The notes under the pieces were generated by a model that worked only from the letters and a program-made list of their open reading frames with translations, was not told the DNA's origin and did no database searches. Made by a program: the position numbers and the translations under genes. Positions 8,956 through 16,948 of a stretch of 20,000 nt of DNA are shown here, piece after piece. This DNA comes from an uncultured virus (IMG/VR IMGVR_UViG_3300025133_000075) (taxonomy: Duplodnaviria; Heunggongvirae; Uroviricota; Caudoviricetes): the IMG/VR virus record IMGVR_UViG_3300025133_000075; one strand, written 5' to 3'. Within the stretch, counting starts at the first letter, position 1; the number at the start of each line of letters is the position of its first letter.

Positions 8956-11900
8956 AGCTCGCCTCCACTCACAATTGAAAACAAGCCCATCACATCATCT
9001 CCGTATTTCTTTCCTGATCGAGTACCGGCATACACTTCAGCCACAAATTCCAAAGCATTCTTTGTCGCATACCTTGAAACTTTGGTTTCTATCACAGCCA
9101 ATTGCTCTTTGCTGAATTTGTGATTTTTTACACTAGAATACATGCTGCCTTTTTTTGATGAATGCCACTTGTGTCCCAATTCATGCAGCACTGGATTCGA
9201 TTGAGCACTCCACTTGCTATCTACAGAAGCTGCTGCTGCTTTACGAGTACCCGCTCCGTTCATTTTCCGAGCAACATACAATTGATCATTACTTTGGCGA
9301 TACATCCCCAAAGCTCTCATCTTGTTTACAGACACAGTCTTGGGCAATGGATCCCCATTTTCAATCGCCACTGTGTACGCATCTTCCACATCCTTTCTGA
9401 TCAACTTTTGTGTAATATGAGCAGCCGCTGCCACCGCTTGCTTTCTCGCTGCTCCCCTTCCATGGGTAGACTGATCGTGATCTGCGTGCTTCAATATGAG
9501 CCGACCTTCATCATCGCTTTGCTCTCTTAGTTCGTGCAACCATCCTTGATGGATGCCATCATCTACTTTAACCGGAAGTAATGTCTTCTCCGGCTTGGTT
9601 GCTTTTAACCACTCTTCTACGTTATCCCTAGAAGCTGCCCTGGAACGTCCGTCAAGTGTCATTCTAGAGCCAACCAACACTTTCGCTTTCTGGCGACGAC
9701 CCAACAACACCACTTCAGCCTCTCCCACTTGTCCGATCCCTGTGATCGCAGTAGAAAACACATCTTTAGCAGGCACCTTAGTTTTCACCATGAGCGAATT
9801 CTCTGGACTGCTCACATGCTTAGCTGTGAACTCACCAGCGACTACTGAAGACAACGAGTGGCTCGTGATCGCTCTGCTTTCAATGACAGCATCTACCCGA
9901 CCAACCCGTGACCCATAGGGCTTTCCTTCCGCATACGCCCCCACAGTATCTGCTGCCGCTACCAAATCTTTAACAAACTTTGGAGGTGGTGTGTCTGGAA
10001 AATGATCCCCACGTCCATCCCCAGAAGATCCAGATCCCTTATAACTCAAACCCCTAAACGCAGAAACTTCTGTGACTCCGGCAGCAGCTAATTTCTCTTG
10101 CGTGTTCTCATAAATCGCCTTCGTGAGCTTGTCGATCGTGGCATGGTGCTCTTCCGTCAACCCCAAAGAATCGCCCTTGGAAGAACGACCTGAATCTGGA
10201 GCAAGCGTCCTCTCTACTGATTGATTCATAGCTCGTGGCAGTGCTGTACTGTTGTCTTTCATCCACTGGGCACTGGCTTGGTTCGCTAGATGATGGACTC
10301 CAGTAGAACCCACTGATTCTGGAGTCATATCATGAGGCTCTACACCCAACTTCGACAATACTGAATCTGCTTCTTCGTCAGTAACCCCAGCCTTTCGCAT
10401 GCGATCGGTGACTTCATTCACTACTGTATCAAACTGCTTCTTGAATCCATCTAGAGACTCTGGCTCTTTCACTCCAAGCCTAGACTCTGACAACCCACCT
10501 CCAGATTGCTGAGCCAATTCTGACTCCCATACAGCATCGATTGAAGCACCTCCTCCTCCAGCTCCCCGACCTCTTCCATGGGTCAACTGATCATGTGATC
10601 CGTGCTTCAGTTGTGTGTCGGTTACTTTGGTGAAAGAAGTAAGATCTACGATCTCGGAAGTGCCCCGCTTATTCACAGTCACAATCGCATCGTAACCATC
10701 AGCGACTATTGCCTTAGACAAGCTCTTCCCTGTCTTGTTGTACTTAGCTTGCAGCCGCTTCTTCCAACTACCTTCGCCATAGATTCGATCGCCTGTTGAG
10801 AGCTCCATGACAATCGGTGATTTGAATTTAACAGAACCCTTTTCCCACCCAGGCATCGGATCTCGTTTAGGATCGTAATCGTGCGACATATAACGACCAG
10901 CAGGCTCTATGCTCTGCTGAAAAGAGTCCCCACCTACCGATTGAGAAGAAACTGTGTTGCGAACAAAATTAACTTTGACTGGCTTGCCAGTTTCAAACTC
11001 TACCCCGTATTCTGAGACAGCAGTCAGGGCAAGCGGGCCTCCCGAGGAACTGCCTCCCCTTCCGTGGGTCAACTGATCATGTGATCCGTGCTTCACTCTG
11101 AGCACAGCGTCTTTTTTCAGCATACGCTTGGCATAGTCACTGATCAGATCATCCGCAGAATCATCCTGCAGACCGTACATCATGATCACAGTGCATTGGC
11201 AGTTGATCCTCTCACCAGCACTCAACCTGGAATCACTTGGCCAGCGGCACTTCACTCCACCAAGAACCCATTCTCCATTTGAGTCCTCTGGCACTCCATC
11301 CAGATTTGCATGAGTGTCCCGTGTTGTGCTGCCCAACACCGACAACCAACCCCGACGCATCGGCAACTGATCACCCACTTCATCTTTGAGGTGCTGCATC
11401 GCTTCCGATCGAGCTCCATTCAATGCGTGCCCAATTTCAGTTCTTGCGATCCGTCGACCTCTCATCTTGGCATATCGACTGTCACCAACGAATTGGCTCA
11501 TCATATTGATCGCCATCTGCTCGATGCTCAAACCTTCGACTGCTCCCACTCGTAGAAATTTCGTGATATCTCCGAGAGTGGTCATGTTGACCTCTGTCCA
11601 ATAGTCCTGTGAAAAGGTCTCTGTCAGGTACTCTTGGATTGACTTCTTCATCCACTCTGGGTACTCAGAAACGAATGCCATCGAGTGCTCACCAAACGGT
11701 GTGGTGAAGCTGAGCTCTTCGAGTGGGCTATCGTCAAACGTCGCTATGTACTCTGAGGCTGTTGAGGCTTTTTCAACAGATTTGGATTCTACCGCATTCC
11801 AAGCTGAACTGATCTCTATTGCCGGAATCGTTTTTCTGCCTTCTTTTTCATAAGCTAACTGGTTGTGTGATCCGTGCTTTTCTCGCTGTCGATGTTGTCC

Positions 11901-12932
11901 CAGATCGAGTCCAGGATGTCTTCGTCCTTTTTCTCCATCTCTGGTGGATTTTCCACTTTCTTCCCCGAATCTTTGCTTGACATAACTGTCTAATACCTTT
12001 CTTGATTGTGAGCCTGGGCGAGTGTCAAAAGACCCGAAGAAAGTGCCACCGTTCTCTTTCCACGCAGTTCTCCCTTCTTTGCTTTTCATCAAATCAGAAA
12101 TACGAACTGCCTCGGGAAATTCAGACTTCAGCTTCTTGCTATCAGTTGTGTGAGCTGATCCAATCCTCCCATCATAACCTAACCGAGCCCAAGTATAGTA
12201 GCCATTGAAAGAGGGAGTCTGCTTTGCTCCCATCGCTTCAGTTTCAATAGACTCAATACCTAGTTCTGCAGCTTTCTTGACTTGGCGATGGAGCAACTTC
12301 GTGCCGATGCCCTTGCCCCTGTTGGCGACACGATGCACATAAAATGTTGAATTCATCATCGACTTTTCGCCAGTGTCAGAATCGATCGTCACGATTCTGG
12401 TGGCGTCGTGGGTGTCGTCTTTACCAGTGAGCTCGATGATAGCTTCATGGTCTCCGTCAGAATTCTTAGAATACGAAATCTGGATATCGTCACCAGGAGC
12501 ACCGCCAGCAAGAGCAGCAAGATCCTGGGAGCTGCCCCCCAATCCTTTCAGAAACTGCTTGCCTCCTTTGCCATGCTCAGTCACGTTAAGAGCTCCACCA
12601 GCTCCGCTCCCTCTCCCCCGGCCATGACTCAGCTGGTTGTGGCTGCCGTGCTTCTCTTCTTTCTCGATCCCCCGACCCTTGACGTAAGCCCCTACCTCTT
12701 CGAACATCGCTTTGGCATAGGCTTTAGCCAGAGGAGGGGCGATCGTATCAATGAGCTGTCGGTGCCAATCCGACGATTCAAAAACGACAGATCCGTCGAG
12801 TGATTTTGTGCCATGAGATTTTCCACCGACGACAGCAACAGCATCGTCTTCTTCATAGACGAATTCATGACGACCTATGTTGACTTCACTGAGCCAAGCC
12901 GCTTCTTCTGGAGTCTCGTCCAAAGTAATCAT
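8952..12932 (-). CDS. MuF/SPP1 gp7-like head morphogenesis polyvalent protein: GNAT + MuF + ART-like + R-S-E ART + zincin metallopeptidase
   Basis: MuF: RIARTE...WLSVLGSTTRDTH..LDG...WPSD...ERINCQC. GNAT: NRGKGIGT, NGYYTWARLGYDG. ART-like: GRYMS..KSPI..GYDAIV..SEIV. ART: FRG/TSHS/EAEVV. Zincin: HELGH..SRYA..N..EFVAE. Confidence 0.85.
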   Translation of the reverse strand: MITLDETPEEAAWLSEVNIGRHEFVYEEDDAVAVVGGKSHGTKSLDGSVVFESSDWHRQLIDTIAPPLAKAYAKAMFEEVGAYVKGRGIEKEEKHGSHNQLSHGRGRGSGAGGALNVTEHGKGGKQFLKGLGGSSQDLAALAGGAPGDDIQISYSKNSDGDHEAIIELTGKDDTHDATRIVTIDSDTGEKSMMNSTFYVHRVANRGKGIGTKLLHRQVKKAAELGIESIETEAMGAKQTPSFNGYYTWARLGYDGRIGSAHTTDSKKLKSEFPEAVRISDLMKSKEGRTAWKENGGTFFGSFDTRPGSQSRKVLDSYVKQRFGEESGKSTRDGEKGRRHPGLDLGQHRQREKHGSHNQLAYEKEGRKTIPAIEISSAWNAVESKSVEKASTASEYIATFDDSPLEELSFTTPFGEHSMAFVSEYPEWMKKSIQEYLTETFSQDYWTEVNMTTLGDITKFLRVGAVEGLSIEQMAINMMSQFVGDSRYAKMRGRRIARTEIGHALNGARSEAMQHLKDEVGDQLPMRRGWLSVLGSTTRDTHANLDGVPEDSNGEWVLGGVKCRWPSDSRLSAGERINCQCTVIMMYGLQDDSADDLISDYAKRMLKKDAVLRVKHGSHDQLTHGRGGSSSGGPLALTAVSEYGVEFETGKPVKVNFVRNTVSSQSVGGDSFQQSIEPAGRYMSHDYDPKRDPMPGWEKGSVKFKSPIVMELSTGDRIYGEGSWKKRLQAKYNKTGKSLSKAIVADGYDAIVTVNKRGTSEIVDLTSFTKVTDTQLKHGSHDQLTHGRGRGAGGGGASIDAVWESELAQQSGGGLSESRLGVKEPESLDGFKKQFDTVVNEVTDRMRKAGVTDEEADSVLSKLGVEPHDMTPESVGSTGVHHLANQASAQWMKDNSTALPRAMNQSVERTLAPDSGRSSKGDSLGLTEEHHATIDKLTKAIYENTQEKLAAAGVTEVSAFRGLSYKGSGSSGDGRGDHFPDTPPPKFVKDLVAAADTVGAYAEGKPYGSRVGRVDAVIESRAITSHSLSSVVAGEFTAKHVSSPENSLMVKTKVPAKDVFSTAITGIGQVGEAEVVLLGRRQKAKVLVGSRMTLDGRSRAASRDNVEEWLKATKPEKTLLPVKVDDGIHQGWLHELREQSDDEGRLILKHADHDQSTHGRGAARKQAVAAAAHITQKLIRKDVEDAYTVAIENGDPLPKTVSVNKMRALGMYRQSNDQLYVARKMNGAGTRKAAAASVDSKWSAQSNPVLHELGHKWHSSKKGSMYSSVKNHKFSKEQLAVIETKVSRYATKNALEFVAEVYAGTRSGKKYGDDVMGLFSIVSGGEL
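9459..9491 (-). repeat. Effector tag copy 7 (KHADHDQSTHG)
   Basis: aa 1148 of the 1326-aa ORF, before the zincin domain. Confidence 0.9.
10575..10607 (-). repeat. Effector tag copy 6 (KHGSHDQLTHG)
   Basis: aa 776; DNA identical to the copy at 13958-13990. Confidence 0.95.
11061..11093 (-). repeat. Effector tag copy 5 (KHGSHDQLTHG)
   Basis: aa 614; one nucleotide differs from the copies at 10575 and 13958. Confidence 0.95.
11856..11879 (-). repeat. Effector tag copy 4, truncated (KHGSHNQL)
   Basis: aa 352; lacks the final xHGRG. Confidence 0.85.
12621..12653 (-). repeat. Effector tag copy 3 (KHGSHNQLSHG)
   Basis: aa 94 of the 1326-aa ORF, before the GNAT domain. Confidence 0.9.
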
Positions 12933-14275
12933 TCATCGCTCCAGAAGGAAGAAGAGAATTCATGCTGCCGCTGCACTACGTACCCACCATCAAAACCCAC
13001 GTCCAGATCATATTCCCGATCATGCTTAAAAGTGCGAGCCTTCATCTTTCTACTTGAATTGTGCATCACTACGACTTCAGCTTCCACAAGTGTGCCAATC
13101 CCTGATCTTCCTACTGAAAAGATGTCTTTAGCTTTCACCACTCCCCCAATTATGTCGCCATGCGTTTCATCGCCTGTTCCGCCAGAGAAGATTTCTGCTT
13201 GAGACACTGAAGTAGTGTATGACGATAATCTATTCTGAGACACAGCGTCAACTGTTGACTTTCCATATCCCTTTTTGGCCGACTGCTCTCTGCGAGGAAT
13301 GCCCCGATAGACGACCAGCGACTCCACCCCGTTCTCTTTTAGATGTGCTTGCGTGTTCTCATAAATCCCCTCTGTTGCAGCTTCGATCACTTTCCTGTTT
13401 GATCCCAACTCCATCCACTTGTTAGCTCTCTCAGCATTGATTGGACGAGCCCCTTCAATTCCATACTTCTTCTCAGCAACCACCTGTAACGACATCCCCA
13501 TGATCGAATTGGAATCTGAATTCCAACTTTCAATCACAGTATCTATTGCATCAGTTGGAGTCTTCAGCCCCATCTTCCTCCCCCTACTGTTCGTGAACTC
13601 TTCTGCATCGCTATCTGACAACTTGTCCCCTACCCGGTTCGCTATATCTATGGCTGTTTCTCTCTGCATCGATTTAGACGCAACCCAACCTTGGTTCTTG
13701 TTTGCTGGTTTGCTCGCAAAGACCCACCTTCCATGCGAAGTCTCAAACTCTGGGAAATCAGCAAGCTTCCCAACATCAGGAGCTCCTGCCGCAGCAGCTG
13801 AAGCAAATACGCCTTCTTTCGTCTTCTCACCAGCATCTGTCTTCATCCATGCGTTCATCGAATCTGCCGATTCATTCAAGTAGGCAGCATTTGATGTTTT
13901 TTCTACCTCTGCTGCCGATTTACTAAAAGCAGCCACAGAACCAGCAGATCTTCCCCGTCCATGGGTCAACTGATCATGTGATCCGTGCTTCTCAGCGAAA
14001 ATAGAGACAGTCCCACGCTTCTCCGTTGCGTCTGAGAGAGCCCGCAGATCATCCGCGACAGATGTGATCTGTTTGTTGAAGAACGGAGTCAGAGCTGCCA
14101 CTATGGAGTTCTCAGCAGCTCTCCGTTGTTTTTCATTCCTTCGACGGGCAGCAGAAAAAGACTTCTGCAGATACTGGCTCTGCTTCCGCCTGCGATCCTG
14201 GATCTTCTTGGAAATCCCATTGATCGCATTCGTGGCTTTTAGAATGCTGAGCTTCTTTTCAACGGTCAGAGTCAT
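12929..14275 (-). CDS. MuF-type N-terminal helical leader fused to an R-S-E ADP-ribosyltransferase-like domain
   Basis: 448 aa; tag KHGSHDQLTHGRG at aa 96; ART motifs VVYRG, LSSYTTS, VEAEVVV; ATGA overlap with the 1326-aa gene. Confidence 0.75.
   Translation of the reverse strand: MTLTVEKKLSILKATNAINGISKKIQDRRRKQSQYLQKSFSAARRRNEKQRRAAENSIVAALTPFFNKQITSVADDLRALSDATEKRGTVSIFAEKHGSHDQLTHGRGRSAGSVAAFSKSAAEVEKTSNAAYLNESADSMNAWMKTDAGEKTKEGVFASAAAAGAPDVGKLADFPEFETSHGRWVFASKPANKNQGWVASKSMQRETAIDIANRVGDKLSDSDAEEFTNSRGRKMGLKTPTDAIDTVIESWNSDSNSIMGMSLQVVAEKKYGIEGARPINAERANKWMELGSNRKVIEAATEGIYENTQAHLKENGVESLVVYRGIPRREQSAKKGYGKSTVDAVSQNRLSSYTTSVSQAEIFSGGTGDETHGDIIGGVVKAKDIFSVGRSGIGTLVEAEVVVMHNSSRKMKARTFKHDREYDLDVGFDGGYVVQRQHEFSSSFWSDE
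13958..13990 (-). repeat. Effector tag copy 2 (KHGSHDQLTHG)
   Basis: aa 96 of the 448-aa ORF, before the ART module. Confidence 0.95.
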
Positions 14276-14411
14276 TTCGTTCCTCCACCCAGCAGATAAG
14301 TCCTCTACTTTGGGCTCTGATCGCTTTGGCGTATTCTTCAGAATCGGCTTTGTCGTGAAAAGATCCGTATGTGGTACAAGGTCCTACGATCATGAAAACC
14401 TTATCAGACAC
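14259..14411 (-). CDS. Small hypothetical protein (50 aa)
   Basis: Below the track cutoff. GTG 3 nt after the portal stop with GGAG upstream; VSDKVFMIVGPCTTYGSFHDKADSEEYAKAIRAQSRGLICWVEERNDSDR fills the portal-to-448aa gap. Confidence 0.45.
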   Translation of the reverse strand: MSDKVFMIVGPCTTYGSFHDKADSEEYAKAIRAQSRGLICWVEERNDSDR

Positions 14412-14414
14412 AGG

Positions 14415-16064
14415 CTACGCTCCCACTGTGACCCTCAGCAATTTAACAGCTTCCGCAAGCTGCCCTTCTACGTCTTCATCTGAAAGCTCTTCTGGGGCCG
14501 CTGGTGCCTCAAGTTCATTCTGAATAGGATTCCCCTCTTCATCGACTTGGGGCTCTCCTGGAACACCTGGGGGAGCTTCTTCGCCTTCTGGTGGACCTTC
14601 CCCAGCTACAGCATCGGCCAGATCACTTGGTAGTCCCATCCCCTGTAACAAAGCAACTCCCTGCTCAGGTTGCAGAGCTCCAGCCGACACCTTTTCAGCG
14701 ATCGTTACCGCTTGGGCAGCTATCGATTGGCCGATGTGACTCTGATTGGAATCTTCATCTGGAGGCAATCCCATATATTCACGGTACTCATTCTGAGAAA
14801 CATCTCCAGCTGATCGAGCTGCTTTCCATTTGGCTGATTCTTCAACCGGATTGATCGCCACCTTGGGCTCGTACCAAATCTTGTACCCATCTTCAGCATT
14901 CTCGAACAGCCCCGGCACGAAATCGGTGGTGATGGTCGACAGCAGATCGAGAAACGTATTCACCTTATCGTAGAATTTCTCTTTGATGATCCGAGCCTGA
15001 GCTTCTGATCCAGGAATCTCTTCGCCCAGCACGAACGGATGTACTCCGAACGCTGACAAGATTCTCCCTCTAACCGTTTTTTCGCTCTTCTCCCATCCCA
15101 TCTCATTCTGAGAGGCACTAACTCGATCGATGCTTTCGATCAGCCCATCCACGATCGCTGGATTTCCATAGTTGGATGTACCAGCCTGGACCTTCTTGAT
15201 CGCTGCGTAGATCTGACGCCGCTGCTTTCCCGTCAACCTGGGTCTGATTGCTGTGCCTGCCAATTCCGGATGTGGATTCTTCCCGATCGTCACAACCACT
15301 GAAGGGAAAATACCATTCTCGAAAAATGCCATCTGAGAGGTCTGGATATGATCATCGATCTTAATGGCAGCTGATTGAGATGATGCTGGAGCGATCGCCG
15401 CCAATGGATTGGATGGATCCGGAAGGTACGCAAATCGAACTTGGCTCTGATCCAACAGCTCGTCATCAGAAGCTTCCGATTGTGAATTATTCGGATCCGC
15501 GATCTTGAAGTGACTGAATGGCCCATCTTTGTGAACAGGCTTCACCCAAGTAGTGGGCAGAGAATAAACCTCTGGCATCCCATCCTCAGATTCACCGGCA
15601 ACCAAATAGCCGTATCCCGTCAAACAGAGATTGGCAATGAAACTGTAGGTGTACTGCCATCGATACTGGATTGGGTTCGGCTTCTCCAGCAAATCAAGAA
15701 TGCCGTGATCTGTGACGATCTCCATTTCATCTTTAGCTGCTTTGGTTCGCAGCGATGTGATCTTTCTGTTGCCTGGGGCTTTCTTGCCTTTCTTCAACTG
15801 CTTTCTCTGACCAAGATTCACAGGCTGTCCAGCCGCACACTCAGCGATCGCATTCACAGCAGCATGAACCCAACCTCGAAACAGAGAATACCTCCGTCGA
15901 TTGGTTGCTCGCTCACCAAACCCAGCGAACTGAGAATTCGCTGCCGCTGGTGTGACGTTGTCGACCCCAAAACCTTTAGAAGCCAAGACCGCAGCATCGG
16001 ACTTGGCAACAGAAATGATGGACCGGCTTCGGCTGAGACCTTTGGTCAGAGTTGATTCTCTCAT
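14415..16064 (-). CDS. Phage portal protein, HK97 family
   Basis: WVHAAVNAIA, LLEKPNP, LCLTGYGY, FFENGIFPS, ILSAFGVHP and NEYREYMGLPP motifs; acidic Pro-rich tail. Confidence 0.9.
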   Translation of the reverse strand: MRESTLTKGLSRSRSIISVAKSDAAVLASKGFGVDNVTPAAANSQFAGFGERATNRRRYSLFRGWVHAAVNAIAECAAGQPVNLGQRKQLKKGKKAPGNRKITSLRTKAAKDEMEIVTDHGILDLLEKPNPIQYRWQYTYSFIANLCLTGYGYLVAGESEDGMPEVYSLPTTWVKPVHKDGPFSHFKIADPNNSQSEASDDELLDQSQVRFAYLPDPSNPLAAIAPASSQSAAIKIDDHIQTSQMAFFENGIFPSVVVTIGKNPHPELAGTAIRPRLTGKQRRQIYAAIKKVQAGTSNYGNPAIVDGLIESIDRVSASQNEMGWEKSEKTVRGRILSAFGVHPFVLGEEIPGSEAQARIIKEKFYDKVNTFLDLLSTITTDFVPGLFENAEDGYKIWYEPKVAINPVEESAKWKAARSAGDVSQNEYREYMGLPPDEDSNQSHIGQSIAAQAVTIAEKVSAGALQPEQGVALLQGMGLPSDLADAVAGEGPPEGEEAPPGVPGEPQVDEEGNPIQNELEAPAAPEELSDEDVEGQLAEAVKLLRVTVGA

Positions 16065-16459
16065 TCTTCACTCCTTGGAGCATCAGCAAGAACACCCCGC
16101 ATGACAGCGATTTTCGTTTCTGCTTCCCAGCGACTGATCAGCACTTCATGAGAGGCAATCAGCCCTGGAATCGTGATCTCTTTTGCTGTTCTTAGCTCGT
16201 CCCTAGCCGTAGCCAGAGCTTCTTCCAGCCGTTCGATGTCTATCCGACTCTGCTTCAACTCCTGCTGAGCTTGCTTCTGAAGCTCCCCAAATCGATTCTG
16301 AAGTACTTCCATTTGCCCTGTGCTTTGTGTCAGCTTTGCTCTCGAACGCCCTGAGCGTTTGAGCAGATCACTCAGGTGAGCTTCTGATGACAACACCCGA
16401 GTTTCCACAGAATTGATTTTTCGATCCAAACCAAACAGCTCTTTGATGTACCCAAACAT
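16061..16459 (-). CDS. Hypothetical coiled-coil protein
   Basis: 132 aa with heptad-like L/E/Q/K pattern; ATGA overlap with the portal start. Confidence 0.7.
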   Translation of the reverse strand: MFGYIKELFGLDRKINSVETRVLSSEAHLSDLLKRSGRSRAKLTQSTGQMEVLQNRFGELQKQAQQELKQSRIDIERLEEALATARDELRTAKEITIPGLIASHEVLISRWEAETKIAVMRGVLADAPRSEE

Positions 16460-16460
16460 G

Positions 16461-16784
16461 CTAGACCTCGATGATCCCAGGAAGGACAGTCCAACCTAGA
16501 TCAGCTATTTTCTGTTTCAAAAAATCTGCTCTGGCTGTGCCATCACGAAGACCTGCGTCGTTGTCGTGATAGTCTACGCCACACTGTTCATCGTATGAAA
16601 GCAGATACTCAGTGCTCGCATTTTGGATGATAGCCGTGGAATGGAAGTAGACAACAGCAGAAGCCTCTGAATCATCGTAGTTTATCGACACACGAACGCA
16701 GTTCTCGAACAGCTCCTGTCCCGTCCCTTTTGCGTGTACCAAGTTGGCTATGTAATCATCGATAGACTCGCATCGGATCCTCAT
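16461..16784 (-). CDS. Hypothetical protein
   Basis: 107-aa ORF tightly packed between its neighbours. Confidence 0.65.
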   Translation of the reverse strand: MRIRCESIDDYIANLVHAKGTGQELFENCVRVSINYDDSEASAVVYFHSTAIIQNASTEYLLSYDEQCGVDYHDNDAGLRDGTARADFLKQKIADLGWTVLPGIIEV

Positions 16785-16786
16785 GG

Positions 16787-16948
16787 CTACTCTGCTGGGA
16801 TATCAAGCACCCAACCCTTTCGCTTTGCTTCGGCATGGTCTTTTTTGATCCCCCGTTTGAATGACTTTTCTTCCGCATTCTTTGCAGTGTCCGGCTTGTC
16901 AAGAATGACTTCTTGAGCCAGCTTTGCTTGTCTGTCTGTGAATATCAT
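16787..16948 (-). CDS. Small protein (53 aa) coupled to the zeta-like kinase; candidate antitoxin
   Basis: Below the track cutoff. GAGGTG RBS and ATGA overlap with the zeta stop; MIFTDRQAKLAQEVILDKPDTAKNAEEKSFKRGIKKDHAEAKRKGWVLDIPAE. Confidence 0.65.
   Translation of the reverse strand: MIFTDRQAKLAQEVILDKPDTAKNAEEKSFKRGIKKDHAEAKRKGWVLDIPAE

Noticed and set aside
8940..8997. Frameshift fusing the 1326-aa and 807-aa ORFs at the T7 run
   Set aside because: The T-run lies after the stop codon, there is no X XXY YYZ site in the overlap window, and the GTG has a strong GGAGG RBS.
12800..12825. GGKSHGTKS near the 1326-aa N-terminus as a ninth tag copy
   Set aside because: Only K, H and G match; there is no H-[DN]-Q core.
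12925..12940. Programmed frameshift fusing the 448-aa and 1326-aa ORFs
   Set aside because: The codon immediately upstream of the 1326-aa ATG is an in-frame TGA, and a GGAG RBS is present; translational coupling fits better.
8952..14275. Inserted cassettes as inteins
   Set aside because: No N-terminal Cys/Ser block A, no terminal His-Asn followed by C/S/T, and no LAGLIDADG motifs at the boundaries.
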